From assembly GCF_036365525.1 (NCBI RefSeq), contig NC_090417.1, positions 3,334,832 through 3,398,831 on the forward strand: a DNA stretch of 64,000 nt, given 5' to 3'. The notes under the pieces are model-generated. The model made no database searches. It was not told where the DNA came from and was given only the letters and a program-made list of their open reading frames with translations. Below are positions 46,786 to 58,790 of this stretch, piece by piece. Positions within the stretch are counted from its first letter, which is position 1; each line of letters begins with the position of its first letter. Source of the stretch: Heterodontus francisci. Lineage: Eukaryota. Both the position numbers and the translations under genes were made by a program.

Positions 46786-47414
46786 ATTGGCGTTAATAAT
46801 CCATGGGATACACACAGAACCAGAGCTCGAACATCCTAACAGAAACTGTCTTAGCCCTTTCAAAATGAGCCTTCAGCCAGCTTTCTGTTCCTCATTGGAG
46901 ATGGAATACTGGTGTTGGCATTGAGGAAAGCCATGGAAAACCAAGAATAGTTGTGCAGCTTTGGGCTGGTAGGCACAGGAGGTGAGATAGAGCAATGGGA
47001 GTTGAAATGTAGGAAGATTTGGAACTGAACCCGATACCCAGGGATAACGTACAGAGTTCCCATCGATCCTCAGCGCTCTGCTGTCACTGCCTCAGCTCTG
47101 ATAGGCAAGCTGATGCACAGAAGCAGGATTGTACATGCAATATTTAGGTTTGGTTCAGTATGCTGGACATTACATTTTGTCCACAGCAGATTGTATTCTA
47201 ATGCAAGGACGGAGAGGTGTGAGAGCAGCTCTGCAATCTGAAAATGCTGGTGTGGGTGTCATTGTGCTCAACTGGTAATCTCTCATAGCGGAACAGAAGG
47301 GATTCTGTGATGGCCTCAGCACCCAGAAATGGGAAGTGAAAAAATATTCCTCATTCAAATTTGTGACTCTCGTTGGGAAATGTGCAGATGTGGATATTGG
47401 ATGGACAGTATTCA

Positions 47415-48550
47415 GAACATAAGAAATAGGAGCAGGAGTTAAACCATTCAGCCCATCGAGCCTGCTCCACCATTCAGTTTGATCATGGCTGATCTTGGGC
47501 TTCAACTTCACCTTCACTTTCCTGTCTGTTCTCCATATCCCATGATTTCATGAGAGACCAAATATCTGTCTCAGCCTTAAACATATTTAACGATGGAGTA
47601 TCCACTACCCTTTGGGGTATCCAATTCCAAAGATTTGCAACCCTTTGAGTGAACAAATTTCTCTTTGTCTCTTCTAAATGATCAGCCCCTTATCCTGAAA
47701 CTGTGTCCTCGATTTCCCCAGCCAGCACAAACAACCTCTCAGTGTCTACCCTGCCAAGCCCCTCCAGAAGCTTGTGTTTCAATGCGATCACCTCTCATTC
47801 TTCTAAACTCCAGAGACTGCAGGCCCAATTTACCCAGCCTTGCATCATAGGACAACCCTCTCATCCCAGGGAACAGTCTAGTGAACCTTCGCTGTACCAC
47901 CTCCAAAGCAAGTATACCCTTCCTTTAAATATGGAGACCAAAACTGCACACAGTATTCTAGGTGTGGTCTCACCAAAACCCTGTATAATTGAGCAAGAGG
48001 TCTTTATGTTTGTACTCCAATCCCCTTGTAATAAAGGCCAACATGTCATTTTCCTTCAGCCTCTCTGTGTTGTCTTTATAGCTTGCATTACCACCTAACT
48101 TTGTATTATCAGCCATTACTCTCTGTCTCTGTCCAAGACATTAATACAGATTGTAAATAGCTGAGGCCCCAGCACTGATCCTTGCGGCACTCCACTATTC
48201 ACAGCCTGCCAACTTGAAAATGCTCTGTTTAAGCTGACTCTTTGCTTCCTGTCTGTTAACCAAACATCTATCTATGCGAATATATCACCCCCAACTCCAA
48301 GAGTCCTTATCTTGCCTATTAACCTTTTGTGGCAACTTATCAAATGCCCTTTTGGAAATTCAGGTATACTATATCTACTGGTTCCCCATTATCTACCCTA
48401 CTAGTTACATCCTCAAAATAAACTCCAATAAATTTGTCAAACACAATTTTCCTTTCATAAAACCATGTTGACGTTTCCTGATCATTCTCTGATTTCCGAA
48501 GTGCATTGTTAAGACTTCCTTAATACAGATTCCAGCATTTTCCCAAAGAC
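47415..48550 (-). mobile_element. CR1 LINE fragment
   Basis: QHGFMKGKLCLTNLLEF; CR1 tail agaacataagaaataggagcagg. Confidence 0.85.
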
Positions 48551-48569
48551 TGATGTGTTGAGGTTGAGG

Positions 48570-48960
48570 TATCAGCCTTGGCTCAGTGGGTACCCCTCTT
48601 GCTGCTGAGTCAGAAGATTTCGGGTTCAAGTCCCACTCCAGGACTTGAGTACAAAATTCCAGGCTGACACTCCAGTGCAATACCGAGTCAGTGCTGCACT
48701 GCTGGAGGTGCAGTCTTTTAGTTGAGACATTAAACCCTGTCTGCCCTCTCAGGTGGAGGTAAAAGATCCCATGGCACTATTTCAAAGAGCAGGTGTGTTC
48801 TCCCCAGTGACCTGACCAATATTTATCGCTCAATCACAATAAACAGTTTATCTGGTCATTACCACATTGCTGTTTGTGCGAGCTTGCTGTGCATAAATTG
48901 ACTGCCGTGTTTCCTACATTACAACAGTGACAACAGTTCAAAAGTGAAAGACGCTGGAGA
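48570..48960 (+). mobile_element. Near full-length Deu-domain-type SINE with tRNA-like head
   Basis: A-box-like TGGCTCAGTGG and B-box-like GGTTCAAGTCC followed by the shared core. Confidence 0.8.
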
Positions 48961-49689
48961 AATGTGAGTCTTTTGTTTTTGCCTCCTGAAAGACCTCGTT
49001 TCGATTGACCAATGAAGAATGAGCAGTTGCATGAGATACAGCAGGAAAATTGGGATCTGTGAAATCTGATGGGAGTGAGGGAAAAGAAAATTGCCATGAT
49101 AATTAAGTGTAAAGAGAAACACCAACTGTATTTGAGATTTTTTTTTCTGTATTTTATTAATTTGAAAACATCAATGCTAAAAAGATAATTAGGCAATACA
49201 CTGACCAAACGGGCATCTCCAACACATGACATAGCAAGATGTAATCTCAGCCTGAGGATCTAGAGTTAGGCTCATGTGAATCATTTCATTAAAATTTAAC
49301 AATGATGTACTTTAAAGTGTGAATGATTATAATCGATATTTCTGTGGGGTGAAAGCTAATTCAGCACTATTTTCATCTATATTAATGACACATTCTGATT
49401 GTATCTGCTGGTCCAGAGAGATTCTCAGCTGGATTGTTGTGACAATGTGATTTATTTGTGTGCTTTGCTCAATGTGGGTGCCCTCAATACACGGAGTTTC
49501 TTTGGTTCTTTTTGCTTGTTTGACAGGCGATGAATGTGTTTGTTCATTTTGGCTAACTTCATTGAAGATATGGTGTTAGTGCTGACCAGTGTTCCTAATG
49601 GAGACTGCAGTTGTGATCATCTAATTCTTCTCCTCATCTGTATGTTCATCGTGAGGTGACTGGTGCAATACTAAAACAAAAATTCACAT

Positions 49690-49806
49690 TATATATAAAA
49701 TCCCATCTTGAACCCCTCGATTAGATTCCAGCCTGTAACTGTTGTTCTGTATATAAACCCCACCCCCCCGACCCCCTGATTTAGATTTCCGTCTGTAACT
49801 CACTCC
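49690..49806. repeat. Two diverged ~60-bp units of another minisatellite monomer
   Basis: tatataaa...cccct(c)gat(t)tagatt(t)cc..ctgtaact occurs twice. Confidence 0.6.
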
Positions 49807-51147
49807 TAAGTGCTCTTACAATGCTGTCTGCACAGGTTATGAAAGGTGTCTTCACCATGTTCTTGGCTTGCACGTTCCAATAAGGACAGTAGTTATTGCA
49901 TTACCCCCGTGACCCATGGTGCCCTTAATTCCAGGGAGCATTTGGAAATCATAGATTAGATACATGCAGGCAAGCTGGAGGTTTGGAATATTAATAATAC
50001 CATTTCCTGGATCTGTCAGGAGTGTTAACTGATATCTGCAGTAACACTGCAATTAGGGATGGGCAACAAATGCTGGCTTTGCCCATGTGTCATGAAATGA
50101 ATAATAAAAAATGCATTGAAGGAAGAGATTTACAACCTGGCTTCAAACTGGGACCTCCTTTCTTTCTCCACTGATATCTGGTGTGACAGGGATCCCATCT
50201 CTTCAGGTTTCAGATCACATTTACTGAGAGAGCTTTCTGGTGCCGCAATGACCTTCCTATAATGTCCAGCACACAACCAACTGTGGATAACTTTTCCATC
50301 AATCTCATCTTTTCACAAACCTTTTCTATCGCCTTAACCCACTTGAGGTGTCCTCTTAATGTCTTGTAATCTTGAACTTACAAAACCTTCTCGTTTTCCC
50401 CAATCATAGTATGCTTATTCCACTTGCAGCTTCCTTCGGTCTACAACTCAGTGGGAAACCCTACCCACGTCCATTCATTCTGAGAAATTTCTCTTTACTT
50501 CCTTCGAATCAGCTTTTAATCTAATTGGCTACTGTTCCACTCATCCCATAACTCTTAATCTGCTCCAATAGACTTCAGTTCAAGGTTTTCTGAAAGTCCA
50601 TGTGCACCACATCCACTAAATTTCCCCAAATACTATATCTGTCACCTCATGAAAGAACTCTATCAGGTTGGCAAAGCACCATCATTCTCTCTGAAAAACG
50701 TGATTCTAATTATTTTTTCTTCATCTAGATATCTAGTCATTTCATCTTTAATAATTCCATCATTTTTCCTCCAATGGATGTTAAACTAACTGTCCTTTTA
50801 ATTACCCAGGTTAGCTCTGTCTCTCTTTTGTAATTGGGTGATACATTCCCCAGTCTCTCTCACTCAATAGAAACCTGAAATATAATTTCCAGAGGTTCCC
50901 CTAGTTATTTGCTTCAGGCTTTCTGAATGTATCCCATCAGATCTTGGCACTTTGTTCTCCTTGAGCGTATTTAACTTTCAGCTTCTGCCTGCTATAGCCT
51001 GACAATGGAGTAAAATTCCCAGCACATAATGATTACTTCCTAGTGCTCCTCGTGAGTGTCTGTTTCATCCCACCATCGTGAGCCAGAGACAATCTGAAAG
51101 AGAAGTGAGAAAGATGGATGAGAGGGTTTGACAAAATATGCATTTCT

Positions 51148-52820
51148 GTAAAAGGTGTCGCTATGGGTACCCGCATGGGTCCTAGTTATGCCTGTCTTTT
51201 TGTGGGATATGTCGAGCATTCTTTGTTCCAGTCCTACTCAGGCCCCCTCCCCCAACTCTTTTTCCGGTACATTGATGACTGTATCAGTGCTGTTTCCTGC
51301 TCCCGCCCCGAACTGGAAAACTTTATCAACTTTGCTTCCAATTTCCACCCTTCTCTCACCTTTGCATGGTCCATCTCCGACACTTCCCTTCCCTTCCTCA
51401 ACTTCTCTGTCTCCATCTCTGGGGATAGGTTGTCTACCAATATCCATTATAAGCCCACTGACTCCCACAGCTACCTCGACTACACTTCTTCACACCCTAC
51501 CTCCTGTAAGGACTCCATTCCATTCTCCCAGTTTCTCCGTCTCCAACGCATCTGCTCTGATGATGCTACCTTCCATGACGGTGCTTCTGATATGACCTCC
51601 TTTTTCCTCAACCGAGGATTTCCCCCCACTGTGGTTGACAGGGCCCTCAACCGTGTCCGACCCATTCCCCGCACCTCTACCCTCACCCCTTCCCCTCCCT
51701 CCCAGAACCGTGACAGGGTTCCCCTTGTCCTCACTTTTCATCCCACCAGCCTCCATATCCAAAGGATCATCCTCCGCCATTTTCGCCACCTCCAGCGTGA
51801 TGCCACTACCAGTCGCATCTTCCCCTCCCTTCCCCTGTCAGCATTCCGAAGGGATCGTTCCCTCCGCGACAACCTGGTCCACTCCTCCATTACCCCCACC
51901 ACCTCGTCCCCTTCCCATGGCACCTTCCCCTGCAATCGCAGGAGGTGTAACACCTGCCCATTTACCCCCTCTCTCCTCACTATCTCAGGCCCTAAACGCT
52001 CCTTTCAGGTGAAGCAGCGATTTACTTGTACTTCTTTCAATGTAGTATATACTGTATTCGCTGTTCACAATGTGGTCTCCTCTACATTCGGGAGACCAAG
52101 CGCAGACTGGGTGACCGCTTTGCGGAACATCTCCGCTCAGTCCGCAAGCAGGACCCTGAGCTTCCGGTTGCTTGCCATTTCAACACTCCCCCCTGCTCTC
52201 ATGCTCACATCTCTGTCCTGGGATTGCTGCAGTGTTCCAGTGAACATCAACGCAAGCTCGAGGAACAGCATCTCATCTACCAATTAGGCACACTACAGCC
52301 TGCCGGACTGAACATTGAGTTCAATAATTTCAGAGCATGACAGGCCCCCATTTTACTTTCATTTTTAGTTTTTTTTTCTTTTTACATTCTTTTTTACATT
52401 TTTTACAATCTTTTTTTTTGCATTTATTTCATTTCATCTTAGTTGGTTCAGTTTGCTTACTCACTTTCTTTCAGGTTTGCACTTGCTGCTGTTCAATATT
52501 CAGTGTATTAACACCTAATCTGTACTAATGCTTTGTCTTTCAACACACCATTAACATATTGTTTGCCTTTGCTCCGTGACCTTTTGGTCAGCTATGTGGC
52601 CTGGTCCAATCTAGACCTCCTTTGTTATCTCTTGCCCCACCACCACCTCACTTGCTTATAACCTGTGACTTTTCTAATATTTGTCAGTTCCGATAAGCGT
52701 CACTGACCCGAAACGTTAACTCTGCTTCTCTTTCCACAGATGCTGCCAGACCTGCTGAGTGGTTCCAGCATTTCTTGTTTTTATTTCAGATTTCCAGCAT
52801 CCGCAGTATTTTGCTTGCAT
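51148..52820 (+). mobile_element. Penelope-like element (Neptune-type), 5'-truncated: RT C-terminus, Cys-rich linker, GIY-YIG endonuclease, 3' tail
   Basis: KGVAMGTRMGPSYA, RYIDD, YKPTDSHSYLDYTSSHP, linker PCNRRRCNTCP, NVVY/CIRCSQCGLLYIRETKRRLGDRFAEH, ...LGTLQPAGLN; 2-bp TA duplication frameshift near 52048; YIG changed to YIR. Confidence 0.93.
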
Positions 52821-52866
52821 TTCTGTCTGTTGATTTGGAGACTGTTTCTTTCAAACTTAGTCGTTG

Positions 52867-53035
52867 GCTGGGAATTTCAGCTGCAGCACTCCGGGCTAGC
52901 TGCACAAATCCCCAAAGTCACTCACCCCAGTTGGCGATCTTTCCACCATTCGTTTTAATCATCGGCTGCGGCTGCTCAGATTCCCCAGATGTGCTCCAGG
53001 TGTTGCCCAGGAGTGGTGAACCAGAAAATCCCAGC
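52867..53035. mobile_element. Small MITE-like element
   Basis: Termini GCTGGGAATTTC / GAAAATCCCAGC are inverted repeats (11 of 12 match); TSD not clear. Confidence 0.45.
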
Positions 53036-53711
53036 TGTTAAACAAGTTAACAGCTAGAAACTTTTACCAGGCTTCCCCTGAGACAATGCTGTGATGGTTG
53101 ACTCACTAGTAACTGGTCTGACACAGCGCCTAGTACACAATTTTCAAATGGCCATTGATTTTGGGTTTGGTTTAGTGTCTATTTATCAGTCATTGTATCT
53201 TACGACACAGGAGGCCTGTAAATTCCTCCTTCTCAATTATATCTCCAATTCCCTTTTGAATCTAATTTTTGAAAATCTGTATATTTGCATGTCTAAATGA
53301 CTGTTCCTCCACCTCAATGAGAACTATGTCTGTAGGATATGTTTAATTCTGCTTTCCCCAAATTGAACGACTCATATTTTTGACAATCTACTTCTCAGTC
53401 TTCTTTGGATTGTTCAACTTTTTTCTTGCCTATCATTTGAATGAAGCAATATGAATAAACAGCTAAAGGGGAATTGGTGGAAAAAGTTGAATTATATGAT
53501 AGACACAAGCATTTCATCCATATTTAAATGAATAAAATACCACACAAGAATCTGCCAATTGTTTGTATAGTCAGGACAGTTGGACTAAATAGGTTATTAA
53601 TTTCCATAGCAACCAATTCTTTAATCATTGTATCCATGATCACACTGATTCTGCTAGTGCAAGGATTTTATCCCAAATCATTTCTTTGCTTTGCATTAGC
53701 ACTGAGATTGT

Positions 53712-54480
53712 TTTTATTACTTTCATGGGATGTGGGCATCGCTGGCTAGGCCAGCATTTATTGCCCATCCCTAATTGCCCTTGAGAAGGTGGTGGTGAGC
53801 TGCCTTCTTGAACCGCTGCAGTCCACGTGGGGTAGGTATACCCACAGTCCTGTTAGAGAGGGAGCTCCACGAATTTGACCCAGCGACAATGAAGGAACGG
53901 CGATATAGTTCCAAGCCAGGATGGTGTGTGACTTGGAGGGGAACTTGCAGGTGGTGGTGATCCCATGCATCTGCTGCCCTTGTCCCTCTAAGTGGTAGTG
54001 GTCACAGGTTTGGAACGTGCTGTCGAAGGAGACATTGTGAGTTGCTGGAGTCTTGGTGAGTGCTGCAGTGCATCTTGTAGATGGGACACACTGACGCCAC
54101 TGTGCGTCGATGGTGAAGGGAGTTAATGTTGAAGGTGGTGGATGGGGTGCCAATCAAGCGGGCTGCATTATCCTGGATGGTGTTGAGCTTCTTGAGTGTT
54201 GTTGGAGCTGCACCCATCCAGGCAAGTGGGGCAGATTCTATCACACTCCTGACTTGTGCCTTGTAGATAGTGGACAGACTTTGGCGAATCAGGAGCATTT
54301 CTGTGGCTAGCCCAATTCAGTTTCTGGTCAATGGTAACCCCAGGATGTTGATTTGTGGGGGATTTAGCGATGGTAATTCTGTTGAATGTCAAGGAGAGAT
54401 GGTCAGAAATTCTCTTTATTGCAGATCGTCATTGCCTGCCACTTATGTGGCGCGAATGTAATTTACCAGTAATCTGCCCA
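53712..54480 (-). mobile_element. 3' fragment of the same LINE family as 28012-30660
   Basis: Near-identical text to 28020-28800 (ttcatgggatgtgggc...ccctaattgcccttgagaaggtggtggtgagc; TIYKAQVRS...PLAWMGAAPTTLKKL). Confidence 0.9.
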
Positions 54481-55139
54481 GTCGCTAAAATTGGGTTTTT
54501 AATCATGTTTCCTTACCCACCCCCTCAATTTCTTTCCCTTCTTTCCTGTGATGCTATCCACAGTCAAACAGTCTCCTAACATTCATTATGCATACTGAGA
54601 AATGATGGATAACTGCTTGGGTGAGATATTGCATTATGATCTGTGCAACCAGCCTTTAAGATTTATTAGCACCTTCAGACATGGAAGAGATGAATTGCTG
54701 GTGGGGAACTTGCACAAAAATATGACGAATTCCTAATTCGTGAACACCTAAGAATCACTGAAAGATTTTTGGTTGGTTATCTGAGACCTTTGATATGAAA
54801 CATTCCACAGAATAAGTTTCAGCCTCCAGTCAGAAAGGTCTTAACTTGCCGCCTACTGTCTTAACCTTTTTATAAATTTGATGAAATGTAGCAAGAAGCA
54901 GAGTCCTTCCCCGGTTCATACGTAACCTGAGCTTCCCCTGACCACTAAAAGTTGGTCAATCTCACCCTGCACTGCAAGTGCAATTGAAGTGAGGGTGAAG
55001 TCAGGTCTGGGGGCCGTTTGTGACGAGAAAACAAGGAATGCCTCCTCGCGTGTTGCGGATAAAAGCTTAAAAATTACAAAAGAACAAACTCAAAGTTATA
55101 AAAGCTGAGGGCATTAATAATCTAATAGGTCAAATCTTT

Positions 55140-55311
55140 GCCCCGTTCCAATGGACTGGCCATGCTGACACCTTCTTCCGCCTTTAACAAATATGGCGGC
55201 GCTTCATATTGTCACAGCGGTGGCGGCGCTGCGTAGCGCGGTGACGTCATGGCCGTGCGTGGCGGCCTTGGCGGGAGTTTTCAGCGCTTGAATCCGGCCT
55301 TCAGCCCAGAT
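55140..55311 (+). promoter_or_regulatory. GINS4 CpG-rich promoter with YY1, CRE and E2F-type motifs
   Basis: AATATGGCGGC 55190-55200 (YY1), TGACGTCA 55242-55249 (full CRE), TTGGCGGGA 55268-55276 (E2F-like); fits a G1/S replication gene. Confidence 0.7.
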
Positions 55312-55404
55312 ATGGCCGAGGGGGAGCTCGAATTGTTCGAAGAGTCGGATGAGGAAAATGAGGAGATTCTCACCCCGGCGCAGCTCATCGGCAAATTGGA
55401 GGAG
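55312..55404 (+). CDS. GINS4: GINS4 (SLD5) coding exon 1
   Basis: MAEGELELFEESDEENEEILTPAQLIGKLEE|gtgag; matches the SLD5 N-terminus (human VVLTPAELIERLEQ). Confidence 0.9.
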
Positions 55405-55496
55405 GTGAGTCCCTGGACCCTGGAAAGCGCTTTGGGAGGCCATGAAAGGTGCTATACAAATGCAAGTCTTCCAGCTGTTGTGAAATAGAAAGGAAA

Positions 55497-55925
55497 GGAA
55501 AGACTTGCATTTGTATAGTACCTACTGGAGGGCTCAGTGCTTTACAACCAATGGAGTACTGGTTGAAGTGTAGTTAGTGTAATGTACTATATGTGGCAGC
55601 CAATTTGTGCACAGCAAGATCCCACAGACTGCATTGTGATAATGAGCAGATGATCTGTTTCTGTGATGTTGATTTTGAGGGATAAATATTGGCCAGGGCA
55701 CCGGGGAGAGTGCCCCTGCTCCTCTCCAGAATCGTGCCCTGTTTTTGGTATTTTTGCATGTAACTGCGAGGGCAGACGGGGCCTCGGTTTGACGTCTCGT
55801 TGGAAAGAGGGCACCTTCGACAGTGCAACACTCCCTCGGTGCTGCACTGTTTTGTGTGCAAGTCGCAGAGTGGGAGTTGAACACAAAACCTTCTGGCTCA
55901 GCAGTGAGTGTGCTGCCTGCTGAGG
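55497..55925 (-). mobile_element. Deu-domain-type SINE in GINS4 intron 1
   Basis: agacttgcatttgtatag tail, gcacagcaagatcccaca, ggcaccttcgacagtgcaacactccctc core, gtgggagttgaac B-box (reverse). Confidence 0.8.
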
Positions 55926-56319
55926 AATATTAAATGATGCAGTGCTGAGTAAATCCACTGGTTATCGGATGTGCAGTCTAGTTGCTCCTCCCCTAGTCTG
56001 CCCGTTTGGTGCCAGCAGTCCTTGTTAACCTGACACTTATCCTCACAGAGGACTGGCTGAGGGATTTCTCAGTCAGATTTATCTTGGGAATGTGACTGAC
56101 ACTGGGCTCAGCTACCCCGATTGCCCATTCTTAGCTCTTCGGAGCTTTGTTCTGTTAGCATTGGACCATTAACAGCCATGTAGTGTGATCCGAGTCACCA
56201 ATGGGAACATATTTCCCCTGAAGGGTTTTAATGCCACTGTTGATTTTAGTCTATTTATTAAACTCAATTTGAACTCAAGTCTGCTACCCGAATCATGTTT
56301 CTCTTTCATCTCCACACAG

Positions 56320-56406
56320 GCCTGGCTGAATGAGAAGTTTTCTCCTGACCTTCTGGAAAATAAATCTGAAATTGTGGAATGTGTAATGGAACAGCTAGAC
56401 CACATG
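56320..56406 (+). CDS. GINS4: GINS4 coding exon 2
   Basis: acag|AWLNEKFSPDLLENKSEIVECVMEQLDHM|gtaac. Confidence 0.95.
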
Positions 56407-57599
56407 GTAACAATATGGTGGCTTCTTTGGGGGAGAGCAGGTGGCATCTGTTCAATGCGTAGTTGAGATTGCAATTGCCAGCCGCAGAAAGGATCTCTGG
56501 TTTCTCCGCTGGCAATAAATAAAATGCACAAGGTTTTCTATTCTCTCTCATGAGGGTGCTAGCTCTCAATGTGATGTGGTTCAAAGGGTAAGGGTCACTG
56601 TCTGGTACTTCATCCCCTGGCTGGTCTTCCTTTGCCAGTAGACGATTGAAGCATGGGGAGTGAAGAGTACAGCTATGGTTTGATCTACTCTATCTGATAT
56701 TCACACTCCATCAGTGATCACTGTAAATGATCCAGGCAGAGGAATCCTGCCTGATTTACACTTGTGTGCACCTAATGTTCTGTTGGACTGGGCAGACCTA
56801 TTTAATATGTGCTACAACGATAGCTCTCCTCAAACACTACCAAACTATTTTGAAGTTGTTTCCAATTTCAAGGATGAGAGTGAAATGAAATCAAATCCTT
56901 TCCCTTACTTTAAGGGTTATTTATTTGGATCAGGGAATTAAGAAGGGAGAAAGGGTAGAAGTCAGTCAGGATCACATTTGAAGTTGTAACCTTTTTGAAA
57001 CATCACAGCTGCTCATTTTTAACCAATAAACCAAAGAGAAAATCCTAGGTTTCGAGTGGTACTCTTCTTGCTCCGCTACGGGAAAGGCGAGTCCCTCTGG
57101 CAGAAGTTTCCAGAACAGTTTGCTGCAGCGAGGTTGAACGCATCACAAGGCCGGTACTGGAGGTAATGCTGACTGTCATGCCACTGGCTTCTCTGGCTAT
57201 CCTTTCAGTTGCTTTCTGCCTCTCCACGTCCAGTTGACTTTAGAGAGATGGTTGCGCCAGAGTTCCTCAGTGATTTGTGATGGCTTTTCAAGTGAAACTG
57301 CGGGCCGATTTTTTTTTTTTTTTATCCAGTCTTGCCTTGAGCCGTTTAAGATCTGTCATTGAGTTGAGGATTGTGTAGCTGGTTCATGCCACTTCTTAAA
57401 TCTCTGCTTTTGAACCTTTTTCTTGAACCGTTGTTCTTTGTAGATTTAGCTGATGGCTGTTCTTTTACTAGTGCGCTCTGTGACTGATGTTTGGTCCAGA
57501 GCAGTGAGAAAGTTGTACTTGTGACTCAATCCTCCTTGGATATGGAGGAGGTGCCAGAGGAAGAGGATTGCAAATGGCACCCCCCCCCCCCCCACCCCG

Positions 57600-58790
57600 T
57601 TCAAAACAAAAACAGTGGAGAGGGATAAATCTGGCAACTACAGGCAGTCAGTCCAACGTTAGTGGTCAGGAAGTTTTATTCGAGAGAATAATCCAGGACA
57701 AACGTCGTTGGTGCTCGGAAAAATATGGGTTCCTAAATGCCAATCAGGGTGGATTTGTTGAAGGCAGACCGTGTTTCACTAACTAGGTCGAGTTCTTTCA
57801 TAAAGTAATCAAGGTTGTTCGGACTGTGGTTGATGTGTCTATGGAATTTCAAAAGGCATTTTGATAATGTACCATATAATCGACTTGTTAATGGAGTTAA
57901 AGCCCATGGGATTAAGGGTACAGGGGCAGCTGGATAGAGAATTGGCTGAGGGACAAACTGGAGGGAAGTATACAGTGACGTTCCCTTGGTGTTGGGGCCA
58001 CTGCTCTTTTTGAGATGTATCAATAACCTAGACTTGGGTGTACAGGGCATAATTTCAAAATCTGCCTATAATATGAAACTCAGAAATGTAGTAAACAGTG
58101 AGGAGGATAGTCACAGACCTCCAGAGGGTACGGACAGACTGGCGAAATGGGCAAGGTGAGGCAGTTGTCATTTATCGCAGAGAATTGAGAAGTGCTAGAT
58201 TTTTGGTCGGAAGATCGAGGAGAGGCAATATGAACTAACTGATACAAGAGCAGAACGATCTGGGGATGCATGTTCACAAATCTCTGAAGGTGGCAGGACT
58301 AGTTGAGAAGACTGTGTTTAAAACAAAAAAAGCATTTGAAGTTCTTGGCTTTATTAATAGAGGCATAGAATACAAAAGTAAGGAAGTGGTGCTAAATGTT
58401 TATAAAACAATTCCGAGTGCCATGCTTCAGGAAGGATGTCAGGCCTTAGGGAAAGGGCAGAAGAGGTTTACTAAGATGGTACCAGGGACAGAAAGCTTCA
58501 GTTATGTGTTGAGACTGGAGAAACAGGGATGGCTCTCCTTCGAGCAGAGAAGGTTAAGGGAGATTTGATAAAGGGATTCAATACCTTGAATCGCTTTGAT
58601 AGGATTGAATAAGGAGAAACTGTTTCGACAAGCTGAAGGGACGATAACCAGAAGACACAGAACTGATGTATACTTTAGAAGGAAAAATCTGTAGAGCTAT
58701 TGGGAAAGAGCAGGGGAGTGGGCCTAATTGGATAAGAGCCAGTACAGACACGATGGGCTGAATGTCTGTTTCCTGTGTTCAATTATATGA
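57600..58790 (+). mobile_element. CR1 LINE fragment in GINS4 intron 2
   Basis: QGGFVEGRPCFTN; HVHKSLKVAG...LGFINRGIEYKSKEVVLNVYK; CR1 tail. Confidence 0.85.

Noticed and set aside
48575-48645. tRNA gene (A and B boxes)
   Set aside because: No cloverleaf is evident, and the boxes run directly into the SINE body, so this is a SINE head.
57045-57237. Possible extra exon or nested gene in GINS4 intron 2
   Set aside because: There is no polypyrimidine acceptor, the translations resemble nothing I recognise, and exons 2 and 3 already join in frame.
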